From an uncultured Gammaproteobacteria bacterium (lineage in GTDB: Bacteria; Patescibacteriota; Patescibacteriia; Magasanikbacterales; GWA2-37-8): 49,079 nucleotides of DNA. Shown here in pieces: positions 1 to 10,854 of the stretch; position 1 is the first letter of the stretch, and the number at the start of each line of letters is the position of its first letter. The stretch lies in NCBI GenBank assembly GCA_964536725.1, contig CAZHYJ010000004.1:48940-98018 (forward strand). Reading direction: 5' to 3'. The position numbers were made by a program, and so were the translations under genes. The notes below the pieces were generated by a model that saw nothing but the letters and a program-made list of their open reading frames with translations, had not been told where the DNA came from and did not search any database.

Positions 1-86
1 TTGATTCTACCACGTCTTTTCTTGCTTTTCAAGTGGAAGATATTGTGCTAAAATATCTCTGTTGTTTTTCATAGTTAATTATATAT

Positions 87-1118
87 ATGAACTTAAAATC
101 ATTTTTCAAAGAAGCCATCAAAAAGGAAGCATCTGATTTGCATCTAGTCGGCGAGGAGTTGCCCATGTTGCGGATTGAGGGAGAATTACAACCAATCGAA
201 GAAAAACCGTTGGGAAGCAAAGAGTTGGAGACAGCCATTTTTGAATTATTAAACAAAGACCAATTGGCACGTTACAAAGAAGAGATGGAGTTGGATTTTA
301 GCTATGAACAAGACGATGTTCGTTTCCGTGTCAATTTACATCAGCAAGAAGAAAACATTGGTTTGACCGCTCGTCTTATCCCGGCAGAAATTCCCACACC
401 AAAGGATTTGAATTTTGAACCAATTTTATCAGAGGTACCAAATTTTTTGGATGGTTTGGTTTTGGTGACTGGTCCAACTGGTTGTGGCAAATCAACCACT
501 ATCGCTTCGATTATTGAAGAGATTAATAAAACGCGTAAAGCTCATATTGTTACTGTTGAAGATCCGATTGAATTTGTTTTTCAAGACAAAGAGAGCTTGA
601 TCGAACAACGTGAAGTGGGCACAGACACCAAATCTTTCGCCAGTGCTTTGAAACATGTTTTGCGCCAGGATCCAAATGTAATTTTGGTAGGAGAAATGCG
701 TGATCCTGAGACTATCGCCACTGCTTTGACGGCGGCCGAGACTGGTCATTTGGTATTATCCACTTTGCATACTTCTAGCGCTGCTGAAGCGATTGAACGT
801 ATTGTGGATGTTTTTGATGGTTCGAAACAAAAGCAGGTTTTGATCCAATTGGGTGCGGTGTTGCGTGTAGTGGTGGCACAACAATTGTTGCCAGCCAAAG
901 ATGGTGGGCGTGTGCCAGCGCGTGAGATTTTAGTGAATACTCCGGCGGTGGCAAGCATGATTAAAGAAAACAGTATTAATCAGATCAAATCGGCTATTCA
1001 GACTGGTGCCAAGGAAGGCATGGTAACAATGGAAAATTCAATTAAACATTTATTAAAAGAGGGGTGGATTACTGAAGAAGTGGCAGAAAATCGTTCCAGT
1101 CGTACTAAAAAAGTTTAA
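87..1118 (+). CDS. pilT: Type IV pilus retraction ATPase (PilT/PilU family)
   Basis: Walker A GPTGCGKST, Asp box TVEDPIE, Walker B LRQDPNVILVGEMRD, His box TGHLVLSTLHT. Confidence 0.9.
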   Translation: MNLKSFFKEAIKKEASDLHLVGEELPMLRIEGELQPIEEKPLGSKELETAIFELLNKDQLARYKEEMELDFSYEQDDVRFRVNLHQQEENIGLTARLIPAEIPTPKDLNFEPILSEVPNFLDGLVLVTGPTGCGKSTTIASIIEEINKTRKAHIVTVEDPIEFVFQDKESLIEQREVGTDTKSFASALKHVLRQDPNVILVGEMRDPETIATALTAAETGHLVLSTLHTSSAAEAIERIVDVFDGSKQKQVLIQLGAVLRVVVAQQLLPAKDGGRVPAREILVNTPAVASMIKENSINQIKSAIQTGAKEGMVTMENSIKHLLKEGWITEEVAENRSSRTKKV

Positions 1119-1121
1119 ATA

Positions 1122-2576
1122 ATGCTTAAAAAATATTTTAAAACAATCGCTAAGATAGCCAAACAAGAAAAAACTCCAGTGTATCTGGTGGGCGGTTTTG
1201 TGCGTGATTTTTTGATGGGGCGCACACAAAAGAAGGATGTTGATTTCGTAGTGGTAGGAAGCGGACTTGAGTTTGCTAAAAAATTTGATGAGGCATTGAA
1301 AGAAGAAGGTAGTTTAGTGGAATTTCCTGATTTTGATACAGCGCGGTATGTTATTGACGAAGCAGATGCTCAATTGGTGTTGGAGTTCGCTGGTGCTCGA
1401 TCAGAAAGCTATCGTACCGAATCACGTAAGCCACAGGTAGTGGCGGCAACTTTGGAAGATGATCTTAAGCGCCGTGATTTTACAGTTAATGCAATGGCTG
1501 TGCCAGTGGAGGCATTCACTGGTTTGCTTAGCCCGACTAAAACAACGATTAAAAAACATTTGGTTGACCCGTTTAAAGGGCAAAATGATTTAGAAGAAAA
1601 AACATTGCGTACGCCACTCGATCCAGATATTACTTTTTCTGACGATCCTTTGCGTATGATGCGAGCGATTCGTTTTGCCGGACAGTTGGATTTTGGTATT
1701 GACCCGAAAACTTTAGAGTCAATTTTTAGAAATCGCGAACGGATCAAGATTATTTCCGCCGAACGTGTACAGGAAGAGTTGGTTAAAATGATGGGGGTAG
1801 AAAAACCGTCAATTTGTTTGACGTTGCTTTTTCAAACTCAACTTTTAGATCTGATTTTACCGGAAGTGGCACGTCTTGACGGAGTAGAGGAGATTTATGG
1901 TCATCAACACAAAAACAATTTAATCCATACTTTTAAAGTGGTGGATAATATTGCCGAACGTACAGACAAGGTAATGTTACGCTTGGCAGGATTGTTTCAT
2001 GATATTGGTAAATCAGACACCAAACAATTTGTTGCTGGTACGGGTTGGACTTTTTATGCCCATGAACATTTGGGAAGAAAAATGACGCACCAAATCTGTA
2101 AGCGCTTGCGTTTTTCCAAAGAACAGACTGCTTACTTAACAAAACTGGTGCGTTGGCATCAACAACCCATTAGTTTAATGGACGAAGGTATAACCGATTC
2201 GGCGGTGCGACGGTTGATAGTTGCTCTCGGAGACGAGTTGGATGATTTACTTGTTTTAGGAATATCAGATATTACCACTGGTAATCTTGGTAAATTAAAA
2301 AAACGTCAGGAAAATTATCTGCATCTTAAAAAACGTATCGAGGAAGTGATGGAGAAAGACAAATTACGCGCCTTTCAATCACCCGTGCGCGGTGATGAAA
2401 TTATGCAGTTGTGTGGTTTGAAGCCCGGGCCAACGGTCGGGAAAATCAAAGAAGCGATTGAAGAAGCAATTTTGGAAGGGGAGATTCCGAATGAATATGA
2501 ACCGGCGTTGGAATATTTTAACAAGATAAAAGGAGAATATTTGGCGAAAACGGCGGAGTGGGAAAGATTAAATTAA
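1122..2576 (+). CDS. cca: CCA tRNA nucleotidyltransferase (class II) with HD domain
   Basis: VGGFVRD, DVDF, RRDFTVNAM, DDPLRMMRAIRF, SAER and HDIG motifs; the four tRNA genes in the window lack encoded CCA. Confidence 0.85.
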   Translation: MLKKYFKTIAKIAKQEKTPVYLVGGFVRDFLMGRTQKKDVDFVVVGSGLEFAKKFDEALKEEGSLVEFPDFDTARYVIDEADAQLVLEFAGARSESYRTESRKPQVVAATLEDDLKRRDFTVNAMAVPVEAFTGLLSPTKTTIKKHLVDPFKGQNDLEEKTLRTPLDPDITFSDDPLRMMRAIRFAGQLDFGIDPKTLESIFRNRERIKIISAERVQEELVKMMGVEKPSICLTLLFQTQLLDLILPEVARLDGVEEIYGHQHKNNLIHTFKVVDNIAERTDKVMLRLAGLFHDIGKSDTKQFVAGTGWTFYAHEHLGRKMTHQICKRLRFSKEQTAYLTKLVRWHQQPISLMDEGITDSAVRRLIVALGDELDDLLVLGISDITTGNLGKLKKRQENYLHLKKRIEEVMEKDKLRAFQSPVRGDEIMQLCGLKPGPTVGKIKEAIEEAILEGEIPNEYEPALEYFNKIKGEYLAKTAEWERLN

Positions 2577-2608
2577 TTAAATTATAAAATCTAAAATAAT
2601 ATTAATAT

Positions 2609-4345
2609 ATGTCGCTAAGTTTTTTACGAACAAAAAAATTCTACCTAATTTTAGGTGGAGTAGTCGTGGTAGCTTTGATTGGTTGGAACTCTTACCGCAA
2701 AGCCAACACACCGGTTCAATATGAAACGGTAAAGGTGGAACGAGGTAATCTGGTTCAAACTGTTGAGGTGACCGGCAAAATTGAGTCGGTGACCGATTTA
2801 TCATTACGTTTTGAAATTCCTGGTACGGTGGATGTGATTAAAACAGCGGAAAATACCCAGGTTAAAGCAGGTGATTGGTTGGCTAATTTGCGTTTAGCAG
2901 AATTGAATGCGGCTGTGGCCCAAGCCAGTGCCAACTTAAATCAAAAATTAGCTGGTCCATCAACTGAAGATCGTAGTTATTATCAAGCGGCGGTTGATTC
3001 AGCCAAGTCTTCGTTGGCACAAACACAGGTAGATACACAATCTAGTATTAATGCGGCTGAGGCCGCACTCGAGACGGCAAAAAACAATTTGAAATTGGCT
3101 GAGGGGGGAGAGAATAGTCAAATTGTGAGCAACGCTTATGATTCAGCGGTGGCAACTTTGCAGACCGCATTAGGCACAATTGATAGTGGTCTTACTCAGG
3201 CGGATAATATTTTGGGAGTGGATAATACTTTGGCTAACGATAGTTACGAATCATATTTGTCTATTTTAGACAGCTCTAAACTGTCTTTCGCTAAGACCAA
3301 TTATTTAATCGCTAAGTCAGCACGTGATCAGGTTAGGCCGCTTATCCTCGCCTTAACCACTGGAAATGATCGTGCCAAAGTTGATGGCGCCTTACCTTTG
3401 GCACAAACTGCATTGTCAAAAAATATTACTTTGTTATCTTCGGTTGGTGAAGTTTTAACCGCTACACCACCAGTTGGTACGCTTACGCAGACGGTGTTGG
3501 ATGGTTACAAAACTACAATCGACACTGCTCGTACTGCTGCTACTACACAATACACCAATGTGATTGCTAGAAGTCAGTCGGTGGCTGATGCTAAAAATAG
3601 TTACTCAACATATTTAGTAGCCTACACCAAAGCGGAAAAAGATTTGGCTAATGCCAAAGAAAATGCCAACAATTTAATTGCTTTAAAACAGGCTGCCTAT
3701 GATCAAGCACTGGCTAGTTATGGTAGTAAAGTTAATCCACCACGCGAAATTGATGTAGCGGCTTATCGTGCTGCATTGGCCTCGGCTGTGGCCAATCGTG
3801 ATAAAGCGATTATTCGTGCTCCAATCGACGGGTTGGTAACTAAGGTAAACAAGAAAAAGGGTGAATACATTTCGGGTGCCGAAACAATGATTCAGTTGTT
3901 GTCGCCACATTACGAAATTAAAGTGGATATTCCAGAAACTGATATTCCCAAGTTAAAATTAAATGACGCCGCTCAGATTACTTTGGATGCTTTTGGCAAG
4001 GACGTAAAGTTCTCTGGAAAAATTGTAAATATCGAACCGGCTTCAACTGAAATTCAGAATGTTGTATATTACAAAGTTACTATCACCTTGGACGATACTG
4101 TGCAACCAATTAAACCAGGCATGACAGCAAATGTAACCATTACAACCGCGACTCGTGAAAATGTTTTGTCTATCCCTTATCGTACGATAAAAATCAACGG
4201 AGCAAAAACCGTTCGGGTTCTGGAAAACAACCAACCGAAAGAAACCGTCGTTGAAACTGGTTTGCGTGCCGACGAAGGTAAAGTAGAAATATTATCTGGT
4301 TTAACCGAGGGGCAAGTAGTTGTGGTGAGTGTAAAAACAGAATAA
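2609..4345 (+). CDS. Efflux transporter periplasmic adaptor (MacA/HlyD-like) with long helical region
   Basis: N-terminal TM, IRAPIDGLV barrel-sandwich motif, KPGMTANV, directly upstream of ABC ATPase and permeases. Confidence 0.8.
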   Translation: MSLSFLRTKKFYLILGGVVVVALIGWNSYRKANTPVQYETVKVERGNLVQTVEVTGKIESVTDLSLRFEIPGTVDVIKTAENTQVKAGDWLANLRLAELNAAVAQASANLNQKLAGPSTEDRSYYQAAVDSAKSSLAQTQVDTQSSINAAEAALETAKNNLKLAEGGENSQIVSNAYDSAVATLQTALGTIDSGLTQADNILGVDNTLANDSYESYLSILDSSKLSFAKTNYLIAKSARDQVRPLILALTTGNDRAKVDGALPLAQTALSKNITLLSSVGEVLTATPPVGTLTQTVLDGYKTTIDTARTAATTQYTNVIARSQSVADAKNSYSTYLVAYTKAEKDLANAKENANNLIALKQAAYDQALASYGSKVNPPREIDVAAYRAALASAVANRDKAIIRAPIDGLVTKVNKKKGEYISGAETMIQLLSPHYEIKVDIPETDIPKLKLNDAAQITLDAFGKDVKFSGKIVNIEPASTEIQNVVYYKVTITLDDTVQPIKPGMTANVTITTATRENVLSIPYRTIKINGAKTVRVLENNQPKETVVETGLRADEGKVEILSGLTEGQVVVVSVKTE

Positions 4346-4360
4346 TTTTGTTTTTAAAAT

Positions 4361-5086
4361 ATGGCTGAATTAATTAAGGTTGCCAACTTGACCAAACAGT
4401 ACGAAAACGAAGGTGTGGTTACACCGGTGTTGTATGGTGTTAGTTTTCATATTGAACAAGGAGAGTTTGTGGCAATCATGGGACCGTCGGGATCGGGTAA
4501 ATCCACCCTCATGCACATCCTGGGTTTTTTGGACAAGCTGTCTACGGGTGAATATTGGTTTGGCGGGAAAGATGTTAGTAGTTTAAGCGATGATCAGTTG
4601 GCCGACATGCGTAGCACATCGGTTGGTTTTATTTTTCAGGCATTTAATTTACTTCCTCGAACCACTGTGATGGAAAATGTAATGTTGCCATTAGTGTATA
4701 CCAAACTTTCTGTTGTGGAGCAGAGGTTAAAAGCCAAACAGGCTTTGGAGTCAGTGGGTTTGGGGCATCGTTTGGAATTTTATACCAACCAATTATCCGG
4801 TGGAGAAAAACAACGGGTTGCGATTGCACGGGCGTTGGTGAATAATCCAGCAGTAATTTTTGCGGACGAACCAACTGGTAATTTGGATTCCAAATCTGGT
4901 TTGCAAGTGATGAAAATTTTGCAAGAATTAAATAACCAAGGTCACACAATTATTTTGGTTACACATGAGCGCTATACTGCTGACCATGCCAAGCGTATCA
5001 TTCGCGTACGTGATGGTGAAATTGAAGATGACGCGATGGTTGTCAACCGCCAGATTGCTTCGGCTACTACCGAGCTTAAAAAATAG
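4361..5086 (+). CDS. ABC transporter ATP-binding protein (MacB/LolD-like)
   Basis: [37 protein letters not shown]. Confidence 0.9.
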   Translation: MAELIKVANLTKQYENEGVVTPVLYGVSFHIEQGEFVAIMGPSGSGKSTLMHILGFLDKLSTGEYWFGGKDVSSLSDDQLADMRSTSVGFIFQAFNLLPRTTVMENVMLPLVYTKLSVVEQRLKAKQALESVGLGHRLEFYTNQLSGGEKQRVAIARALVNNPAVIFADEPTGNLDSKSGLQVMKILQELNNQGHTIILVTHERYTADHAKRIIRVRDGEIEDDAMVVNRQIASATTELKK

Positions 5087-5096
5087 CACTAAATTT

Positions 5097-6338
5097 GTGA
5101 ATTTTTTTGAAAATGTAAATTCTGTTTGGCGTCTGATTGGCCGCAATAAAGTTCGGTCGTTTTTGACGATGCTCGGTATTATCGTGGGTATTATGTCGGT
5201 GATTGTGGTGATGTCGGTGGGGGCAGGTGCACAGAGTTTGATTTTGAATCAGGTAAAAAGCATGGGGTCAAATCTAATAGGTGTCTTACCGGGTAAATCC
5301 GATAGCAATGGTCCACCAGCTTCAGCGATGGGGATTGTGATAAAGACTTTAACGTTGGCGGATGTTAATTATATCGTCAATAATAAAGATGTCACATATA
5401 TAGTTGCGGGCACTGGTTATGTGCGCGGGAGTGATACAATTGCTTGGGAGGATAATAAAACGGACACTAGTTTTGTGGGAGTTTCTGCTGAGTTGCCATT
5501 GATTGAAGACACGGTTGTTGCGAGCGGTCGGTTTTTTTCTGCAGAAGAAGATCGGGTGCAAGCGCGAGTGGTAGTGTTGGGTAGCGCGGTGGCGAAAGAG
5601 TTGTTTGGTGATAATAATCCGTTGGGTCAACAAATTAAAATAAAAAAGTCTAGTTTTAATATTATTGGCGTGATGACTGCGCGCGGGAGCAGTGGTTTTC
5701 AAAATCAGGATAATCAAATTTATGTGCCGATTAATACTGCTCAGAAAATTTTGTTGGGAGTTGATTATGTAAGTTTTGCACGTTTTAAAATTGACACAGC
5801 TGACAATGTTAATCCGGGTGTAGATTATATCGCACAAGTGTTGCGTGAACGACACAAAATTGACGATCCAGAAAAAGATGATTTTTCCGTGCGTTCAATG
5901 GCTCAAGGAGTAGAATCAATTTTGAAAATAACGGATGCCTTAAAAATATTTTTAGCCGCGATTGCCACGATCTCTCTTTTGGTTGGTGGCATTGGGATTA
6001 TGAATATCATGCTTGCGGCCGTGGAAGAGCGGACGCGTGAGATTGGCTTGCGCAAAGCGGTGGGGGCAAAAAATAAAAATATTGTTGTGCAGTTTTTGAT
6101 CGAAACTATTATGATTACTTTTTTGGGTGGTCTAATTGGGATGGTGCTGGGGATTTTGATTTCTACGACGGTGGCAAAAATAGCGGAGAGTATGGGGTAT
6201 AATTGGGATTTAGTAATTTCTCTTTGGTCTATTTTGCTGGCAGTTGGTGTATCAATCGGTATTGGTTTGTTATTCGGAATTATTCCGGCCAGACGGGCGT
6301 CAAAATTAAATCCGATTGAAGCTTTGCGGTATGAATAA
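5097..6338 (+). CDS. MacB-like ABC permease 1
   Basis: RSFLTMLGIIVG, VGGIGIMNIM, RTREIGLRKAVGA, LNPIEALRYE; start set to GTG 5097 because the longer ORF overlaps the ATPase. Confidence 0.85.
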   Translation: MNFFENVNSVWRLIGRNKVRSFLTMLGIIVGIMSVIVVMSVGAGAQSLILNQVKSMGSNLIGVLPGKSDSNGPPASAMGIVIKTLTLADVNYIVNNKDVTYIVAGTGYVRGSDTIAWEDNKTDTSFVGVSAELPLIEDTVVASGRFFSAEEDRVQARVVVLGSAVAKELFGDNNPLGQQIKIKKSSFNIIGVMTARGSSGFQNQDNQIYVPINTAQKILLGVDYVSFARFKIDTADNVNPGVDYIAQVLRERHKIDDPEKDDFSVRSMAQGVESILKITDALKIFLAAIATISLLVGGIGIMNIMLAAVEERTREIGLRKAVGAKNKNIVVQFLIETIMITFLGGLIGMVLGILISTTVAKIAESMGYNWDLVISLWSILLAVGVSIGIGLLFGIIPARRASKLNPIEALRYE

Positions 6339-7584
6339 AATAAATTGGTCGGCGGTACAACTTGCTTGGGGTGCTTTGAAAGCGAAAAAGACGCGCTCGA
6401 TTTTAACGATCCTCGGAATTAGTATTGGGATTGCAATGGTGATTGCGATTATGGCAGCGGGACGCGGGCTTGATTATTTAATTATGGGGGAGTTGGAAGT
6501 TTTTGGTTCGGACACGATTAGTATTGAAGTAAAAGTACCCAGCACTAAAAAGAATTCCAATGAAAATGCTTCCAGTCAGGCACAGGGTGTTACGATTACT
6601 ACTTTAAAAGACAAAGATCTTGAAGTGGTAAGTAAAAACCCGGGTATTGTGGCGGCCTACGGTTATGTGATGGGGCAGGAGGTGGCTTCATATGACGGAC
6701 AAAACAAAACAGTGATGTTGATAGGTGAGGGATATAACGTACGCGAGGTAGAAAAGTTTGCTATGGAAGAAGGCAGAATGTATACCGCTGAAGAACAGGA
6801 ATCGTCTGTGCAGGTTGCGGTTTTGGGTTGGGGGGTAAAAAATTATTTTTTTAGTGACAACTCGGCTCTCGGTCAAATAGTATATATCAAAGGAAAACCT
6901 TTTCGAGTGGTGGGTGTAGCGGCAAAACGCGGAGCGGTTTTTTCTATGGATATGGATAATGTGATTTTACTCCCGACAAAAACAATGCAAAAAAAGATTT
7001 TGGGTACCGATTATTTCCAGGCCATTATTGGAAAATTAAAAGATGTTAACACTGCTGACGCAACGGTGAGGGAATTGGAAGAGGCTATTCGTATCAATCA
7101 TAAAATTGACGATCCAGAAAAAGATGATTTTGCGATTAATACAATGGCTGAGGCGATTGGTATGTTGAGTAGTATTGTGGGGGGTATTACATTATTACTG
7201 GTGGCACTGGTTTGTATTTCATTAGTGGTAGGTGGGGTGGGTATTATGAATATTATGTACGTATCAGTTACCGAACGAGTTTTTGAAATTGGTTTACGCA
7301 AAGCGTTAGGGGCGAAAAGTAAAGACATTCTTTGGCAATTTTTATCCGAGGCAGTAATTTTAACCGTGCTTGGTGGTTTGGTAGGTATTTTGCTAGGTTT
7401 AATTTTGGCGCTGATTATTTACGCCGCTGCCACCTATTACGGTTTATCCTGGATCTACTCAGTTCCGATTTCTTCAATATTTTTATCCGTCGGTTTCTCT
7501 GCCGCTGTTGGTCTAGTGTTTGGTCTCTATCCAGCCAAAAAAGCCGCTAGTTTGGAGCCAATGACGGCGCTGAGGAAAGAGTAG
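6331..7584 (+). CDS. MacB-like ABC permease 2
   Basis: RSILTILGISIG, GGVGIMNIM, EIGLRKALGA; ATG 6331 overlaps the end of permease 1. Confidence 0.85.
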   Translation: MNKINWSAVQLAWGALKAKKTRSILTILGISIGIAMVIAIMAAGRGLDYLIMGELEVFGSDTISIEVKVPSTKKNSNENASSQAQGVTITTLKDKDLEVVSKNPGIVAAYGYVMGQEVASYDGQNKTVMLIGEGYNVREVEKFAMEEGRMYTAEEQESSVQVAVLGWGVKNYFFSDNSALGQIVYIKGKPFRVVGVAAKRGAVFSMDMDNVILLPTKTMQKKILGTDYFQAIIGKLKDVNTADATVRELEEAIRINHKIDDPEKDDFAINTMAEAIGMLSSIVGGITLLLVALVCISLVVGGVGIMNIMYVSVTERVFEIGLRKALGAKSKDILWQFLSEAVILTVLGGLVGILLGLILALIIYAAATYYGLSWIYSVPISSIFLSVGFSAAVGLVFGLYPAKKAASLEPMTALRKE

Positions 7585-7591
7585 CAAACAG

Positions 7592-7620
7592 TTGATTTTT
7601 ATCTAAATACAGGATAGTAT
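7592..7620 (+). promoter_or_regulatory. Putative sigma70 promoter of dnaG-rpoD, overlapped by an 11-bp inverted repeat
   Basis: TTGATT-17 nt-TAGTAT; AAATACAGGAT (7605-7615) and ATCCTGTATTT (7627-7637) are complementary. Confidence 0.5.
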
Positions 7621-7642
7621 AGAAACATCCTGTATTTTAATT

Positions 7643-9430
7643 ATGGCCGACACCCAACTTATCAAAGACAAGCTGGATTTGGCGCAGTTTATCGGTGAAT
7701 ACGTCCAGGTCAAAAAGGCTGGTTCCTACTGGAAAGCCTGTTGCCCATTTCACCACGAAAAAACGCCTTCTTTCATGATCCATCCGGAACGTCAGTTCTG
7801 GCACTGTTTTGGTTGCTCCAAGGGCGGGGATATTTTTACTTTTGCGCAAGAAATTGAAGGATTAGATTTTTCTGAAGCACTAAAATTGTTAGCCGATCGC
7901 GCGGGGGTAAAAATTGATAGCTATCGCAATGAGATTGACAAGAGTCAAAAAAATCGCATTTTAGAAATTAATCAAAAGGCGGCATATTTTTTTAATCACG
8001 TTCTTCTAGAGATGGCCCAAGCGAAAGACGCGCGTGATTATTTGGAGCGGCGCCAATTAAAAAAAGAGGTGATTGCTGATTGGGAAGTGGGATATATTCC
8101 TGATCAATGGGAGTTGCTTACCCAATATTTTTTAAAAAAAGGAATTGGCGTGGATGATTTGGTGGCTTCGGGATTGACGATTAAAAAAGATGGGGTGACA
8201 GGCGGTCGAGGATATTATGATCGTTTTCGTGGGCGGATAATGTTTCCAATTAAAAATGTCCATGGTAATATTGTTGGCTTTACCGGTCGACAGTTGGTGG
8301 AAAACCCGGATGCGGGCGGGAAGTATGTGAACTCTCCTCAGACTATTGTGTTTGATAAGTCGCGCGTGTTGTATGGATTAGACAAAGCCAAGATGGAAAT
8401 TAAGGCGAAAGATTTGGCAGTAATTGTGGAAGGTCAGATGGATGTCATTGCTTGTCATCAGGCGGGAATGAAAAATGTGGTAGCGGCATCAGGGACAGCT
8501 TTAACACCAGAACAAATTCGGTTGATTGAACGTTATACCAAAAATATCGCGATGGCTTTTGACGCGGACAAGGCGGGAATCAACGCGGCGAAACGGGGGA
8601 TTGATGTGGCGTTAAAAGAAGGTATGAATGTAAAGGTAATCCGCGTGCCGGAAGGTGCCGGTAAAGATGCGGATGAAGTAATTAAAAAAAATCCAGCGGT
8701 GTGGTTTAAGGCAGTAGAAGATGCCACGGATATTATGCAATGGTTTTTTGATATTGTGTTGGCGGGGAGAAGGTTGGTTTCACCTAAGGAACGCCAGGCG
8801 GTTAGTGACGAACTTTTGCCGTTGATCGGTTTGATTCCGTATGCGGTGGAAAAAGATATTTGGTTAAAAAAACTGGCGGAGACGATCGATACTGAGGTGG
8901 TGGTTTTGCGGGAAGATTTAAAAAGAATCGCTGCTCAGCAAGTAGTACGTGTGCATAATCCGCTAGTAGCGAAGCCAACAATAGCAGTCAAAAAGGTTGT
9001 CCCGTCACACCTTGATTCTTTGTTTGAAAGGTTGTTGATGTTGATTACCAAATTTCCTGATATTCTTCCCGATGTTGTGGCTAAATTACCAGATCTATTA
9101 CCGGCCGATTCCGAGCAGTCTAAGCTTTACGAAACCATTAAAAAACAGTATAATGATAACAACGACTTTACTCTCGCCACTTTTTTGTCAATTTTGGCTT
9201 TGCCGGAATTTTTTGAAGTGGTGGAGATTTTAAGACTCAAGGCGGAATTAGAATTTTCTGAATGGAATATTGAGCAGGGGCGTGTTGAATTGATTGAGAC
9301 GACGGAGCGGTTGAGAGAAGGGGGCAAGCGTTATCGCCGGCAAATTTTGCAGCAAGAAATTAGCGCAGCTGCTAAAGCAGGTGATCAGAAGCGAGAAGAA
9401 GAATTATTAACTCAATTTCAAAATTTGTAG
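7643..9430 (+). CDS. dnaG: DNA primase
   Basis: Zn finger CCPFHHEKTPSF..WHCFGC, DRFRGRIMFPI, KYVNSP, TOPRIM VEGQMDVI and FDADKAG. Confidence 0.95.
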   Translation: MADTQLIKDKLDLAQFIGEYVQVKKAGSYWKACCPFHHEKTPSFMIHPERQFWHCFGCSKGGDIFTFAQEIEGLDFSEALKLLADRAGVKIDSYRNEIDKSQKNRILEINQKAAYFFNHVLLEMAQAKDARDYLERRQLKKEVIADWEVGYIPDQWELLTQYFLKKGIGVDDLVASGLTIKKDGVTGGRGYYDRFRGRIMFPIKNVHGNIVGFTGRQLVENPDAGGKYVNSPQTIVFDKSRVLYGLDKAKMEIKAKDLAVIVEGQMDVIACHQAGMKNVVAASGTALTPEQIRLIERYTKNIAMAFDADKAGINAAKRGIDVALKEGMNVKVIRVPEGAGKDADEVIKKNPAVWFKAVEDATDIMQWFFDIVLAGRRLVSPKERQAVSDELLPLIGLIPYAVEKDIWLKKLAETIDTEVVVLREDLKRIAAQQVVRVHNPLVAKPTIAVKKVVPSHLDSLFERLLMLITKFPDILPDVVAKLPDLLPADSEQSKLYETIKKQYNDNNDFTLATFLSILALPEFFEVVEILRLKAELEFSEWNIEQGRVELIETTERLREGGKRYRRQILQQEISAAAKAGDQKREEELLTQFQNL

Positions 9431-9447
9431 TCTAACGTTAAAAATTT

Positions 9448-10824
9448 ATGTCTGGTAAAAGTAAGTTGCAAAAGAAAATTAAAAAAGCGGCAGTGAAGGT
9501 TGTAAAAAAAGTAAAGGCAAAAAAAATAATTAAGACTAAGCCGGTAAAGTCGATGAAGAAGATTGTTGTTTTTAAAAAAGCGGTCAAAGTTTTAAAAAAG
9601 AAAGAACTTGCTAAAAAAATAGAAAAAAAATCCGATAAAAAACACGGGCATAAGTTTTTTGTACATAAAAATAATAAGGCGCTGAAGCATAAAACGCATT
9701 TTGTCGCGCCAGCAGTGGTTGAGCCAGTTGTAGAGCCAACATTAACTGCAATTTGGGAAATGGTGCGTAAAGGTAGAAATCGTGGTTTTATCACCGAAAC
9801 AGAGTTGGGTGCTTTGATGGCACGTCCGGAATGTTATTTGGATCTTTATGAGGGATTGCTAGATGTTTTTGAAAAAAATGGAATCACCGTAGTCGAAGCG
9901 GCCACAAATTTGTTAGGCGCAAAGGTTTCTCAGAGCGAAACTTTGAAACAATTTCAAGGTTCACAACCAGATATGGATATTCCATTTGATCTTGGAGAGA
10001 TTTCCTCTGATTCCATCCAGATGTATTTGCGTGAGATCGGCAAGATTCCGCTTTTGAAAAATGACGAAGAAATCGCTTTGGCAAAACGTAAAGAAAAAGG
10101 TGATCATCGCGCAGAGCGAAAAATTATTGAAGCCAACTTGCGTTTAGTAGTTTCCATTGCGAAAAAATTTGTCGGTAAAAGTTTGTCTTTGTTGGATTTA
10201 ATTCAAGAAGGTAATATCGGTTTGTTTCGAGCGGTAAAGAAATTTGATCATCGTAAAGGTTTTAAATTTTCAACCTATGCTACTTGGTGGATTCGTCAAG
10301 CCATTACACGTGCGCTAGCTGATCAGTCGCGTACGATTCGTATTCCGGTGCACATGGTGGAGACGATCAATCGTTTTCAGCAGGTGCAGCGTCGTTTGAT
10401 GCAAGATTTGGGACGTGATCCAACACCAGAAGAGTTAGCGGCTGAAATGGGTGAAGAGGTAGAAAAAATTAATCATATTATTAAAATTTCTCAGGACACA
10501 GTTTCGCTCGAGGTGTCTGTGGGTGACGACGATGACGATACTCAGTTGGGAGATTTTATCGAAGATGTCAAAAATGTTTCGCCGGATCGTGCGGCTGGTT
10601 TGCAGATTTTGCGTGATTATGTACGCGATGCCATTCAATTTTTGTCTCCGCGTGAACAAAAGATCTTGGAGATGCGTTTTGGTTTAGCCGATGGCGTGAC
10701 GCATACTTTGGAGGAAGTGGGTACCGAGTTTGGTGTAACGCGTGAACGTATTCGTCAGATTGAAGCCAAAGCGTTAGAAAAAATTCAAACTTCTGATTTG
10801 ATCAGTAAGCTGCGCGATTATTAG
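9448..10824 (+). CDS. rpoD: Primary sigma factor sigma70 with Lys-rich N-terminal extension
   Basis: [53 protein letters not shown]; follows dnaG. Confidence 0.95.
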   Translation: MSGKSKLQKKIKKAAVKVVKKVKAKKIIKTKPVKSMKKIVVFKKAVKVLKKKELAKKIEKKSDKKHGHKFFVHKNNKALKHKTHFVAPAVVEPVVEPTLTAIWEMVRKGRNRGFITETELGALMARPECYLDLYEGLLDVFEKNGITVVEAATNLLGAKVSQSETLKQFQGSQPDMDIPFDLGEISSDSIQMYLREIGKIPLLKNDEEIALAKRKEKGDHRAERKIIEANLRLVVSIAKKFVGKSLSLLDLIQEGNIGLFRAVKKFDHRKGFKFSTYATWWIRQAITRALADQSRTIRIPVHMVETINRFQQVQRRLMQDLGRDPTPEELAAEMGEEVEKINHIIKISQDTVSLEVSVGDDDDDTQLGDFIEDVKNVSPDRAAGLQILRDYVRDAIQFLSPREQKILEMRFGLADGVTHTLEEVGTEFGVTRERIRQIEAKALEKIQTSDLISKLRDY

Positions 10825-10826
10825 TG

Positions 10827-10852
10827 TATATTCGCTAAAGCGACATATTCTC
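10827..10852. repeat. 26-nt palindromic dispersed repeat, copy 1
   Basis: TATATTCGCTAAAGCGACATATTCTC, 25/26 identical to 29435-29460; core TCGC-TAAA-GCGA hairpin. Confidence 0.75.
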
Positions 10853-10854
10853 GT

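Noticed and set aside
4965-5096. N-terminal extension of permease 1 in the ORF track
   Set aside because: Overlaps the ATPase gene by more than 120 nt; family similarity begins near GTG 5097
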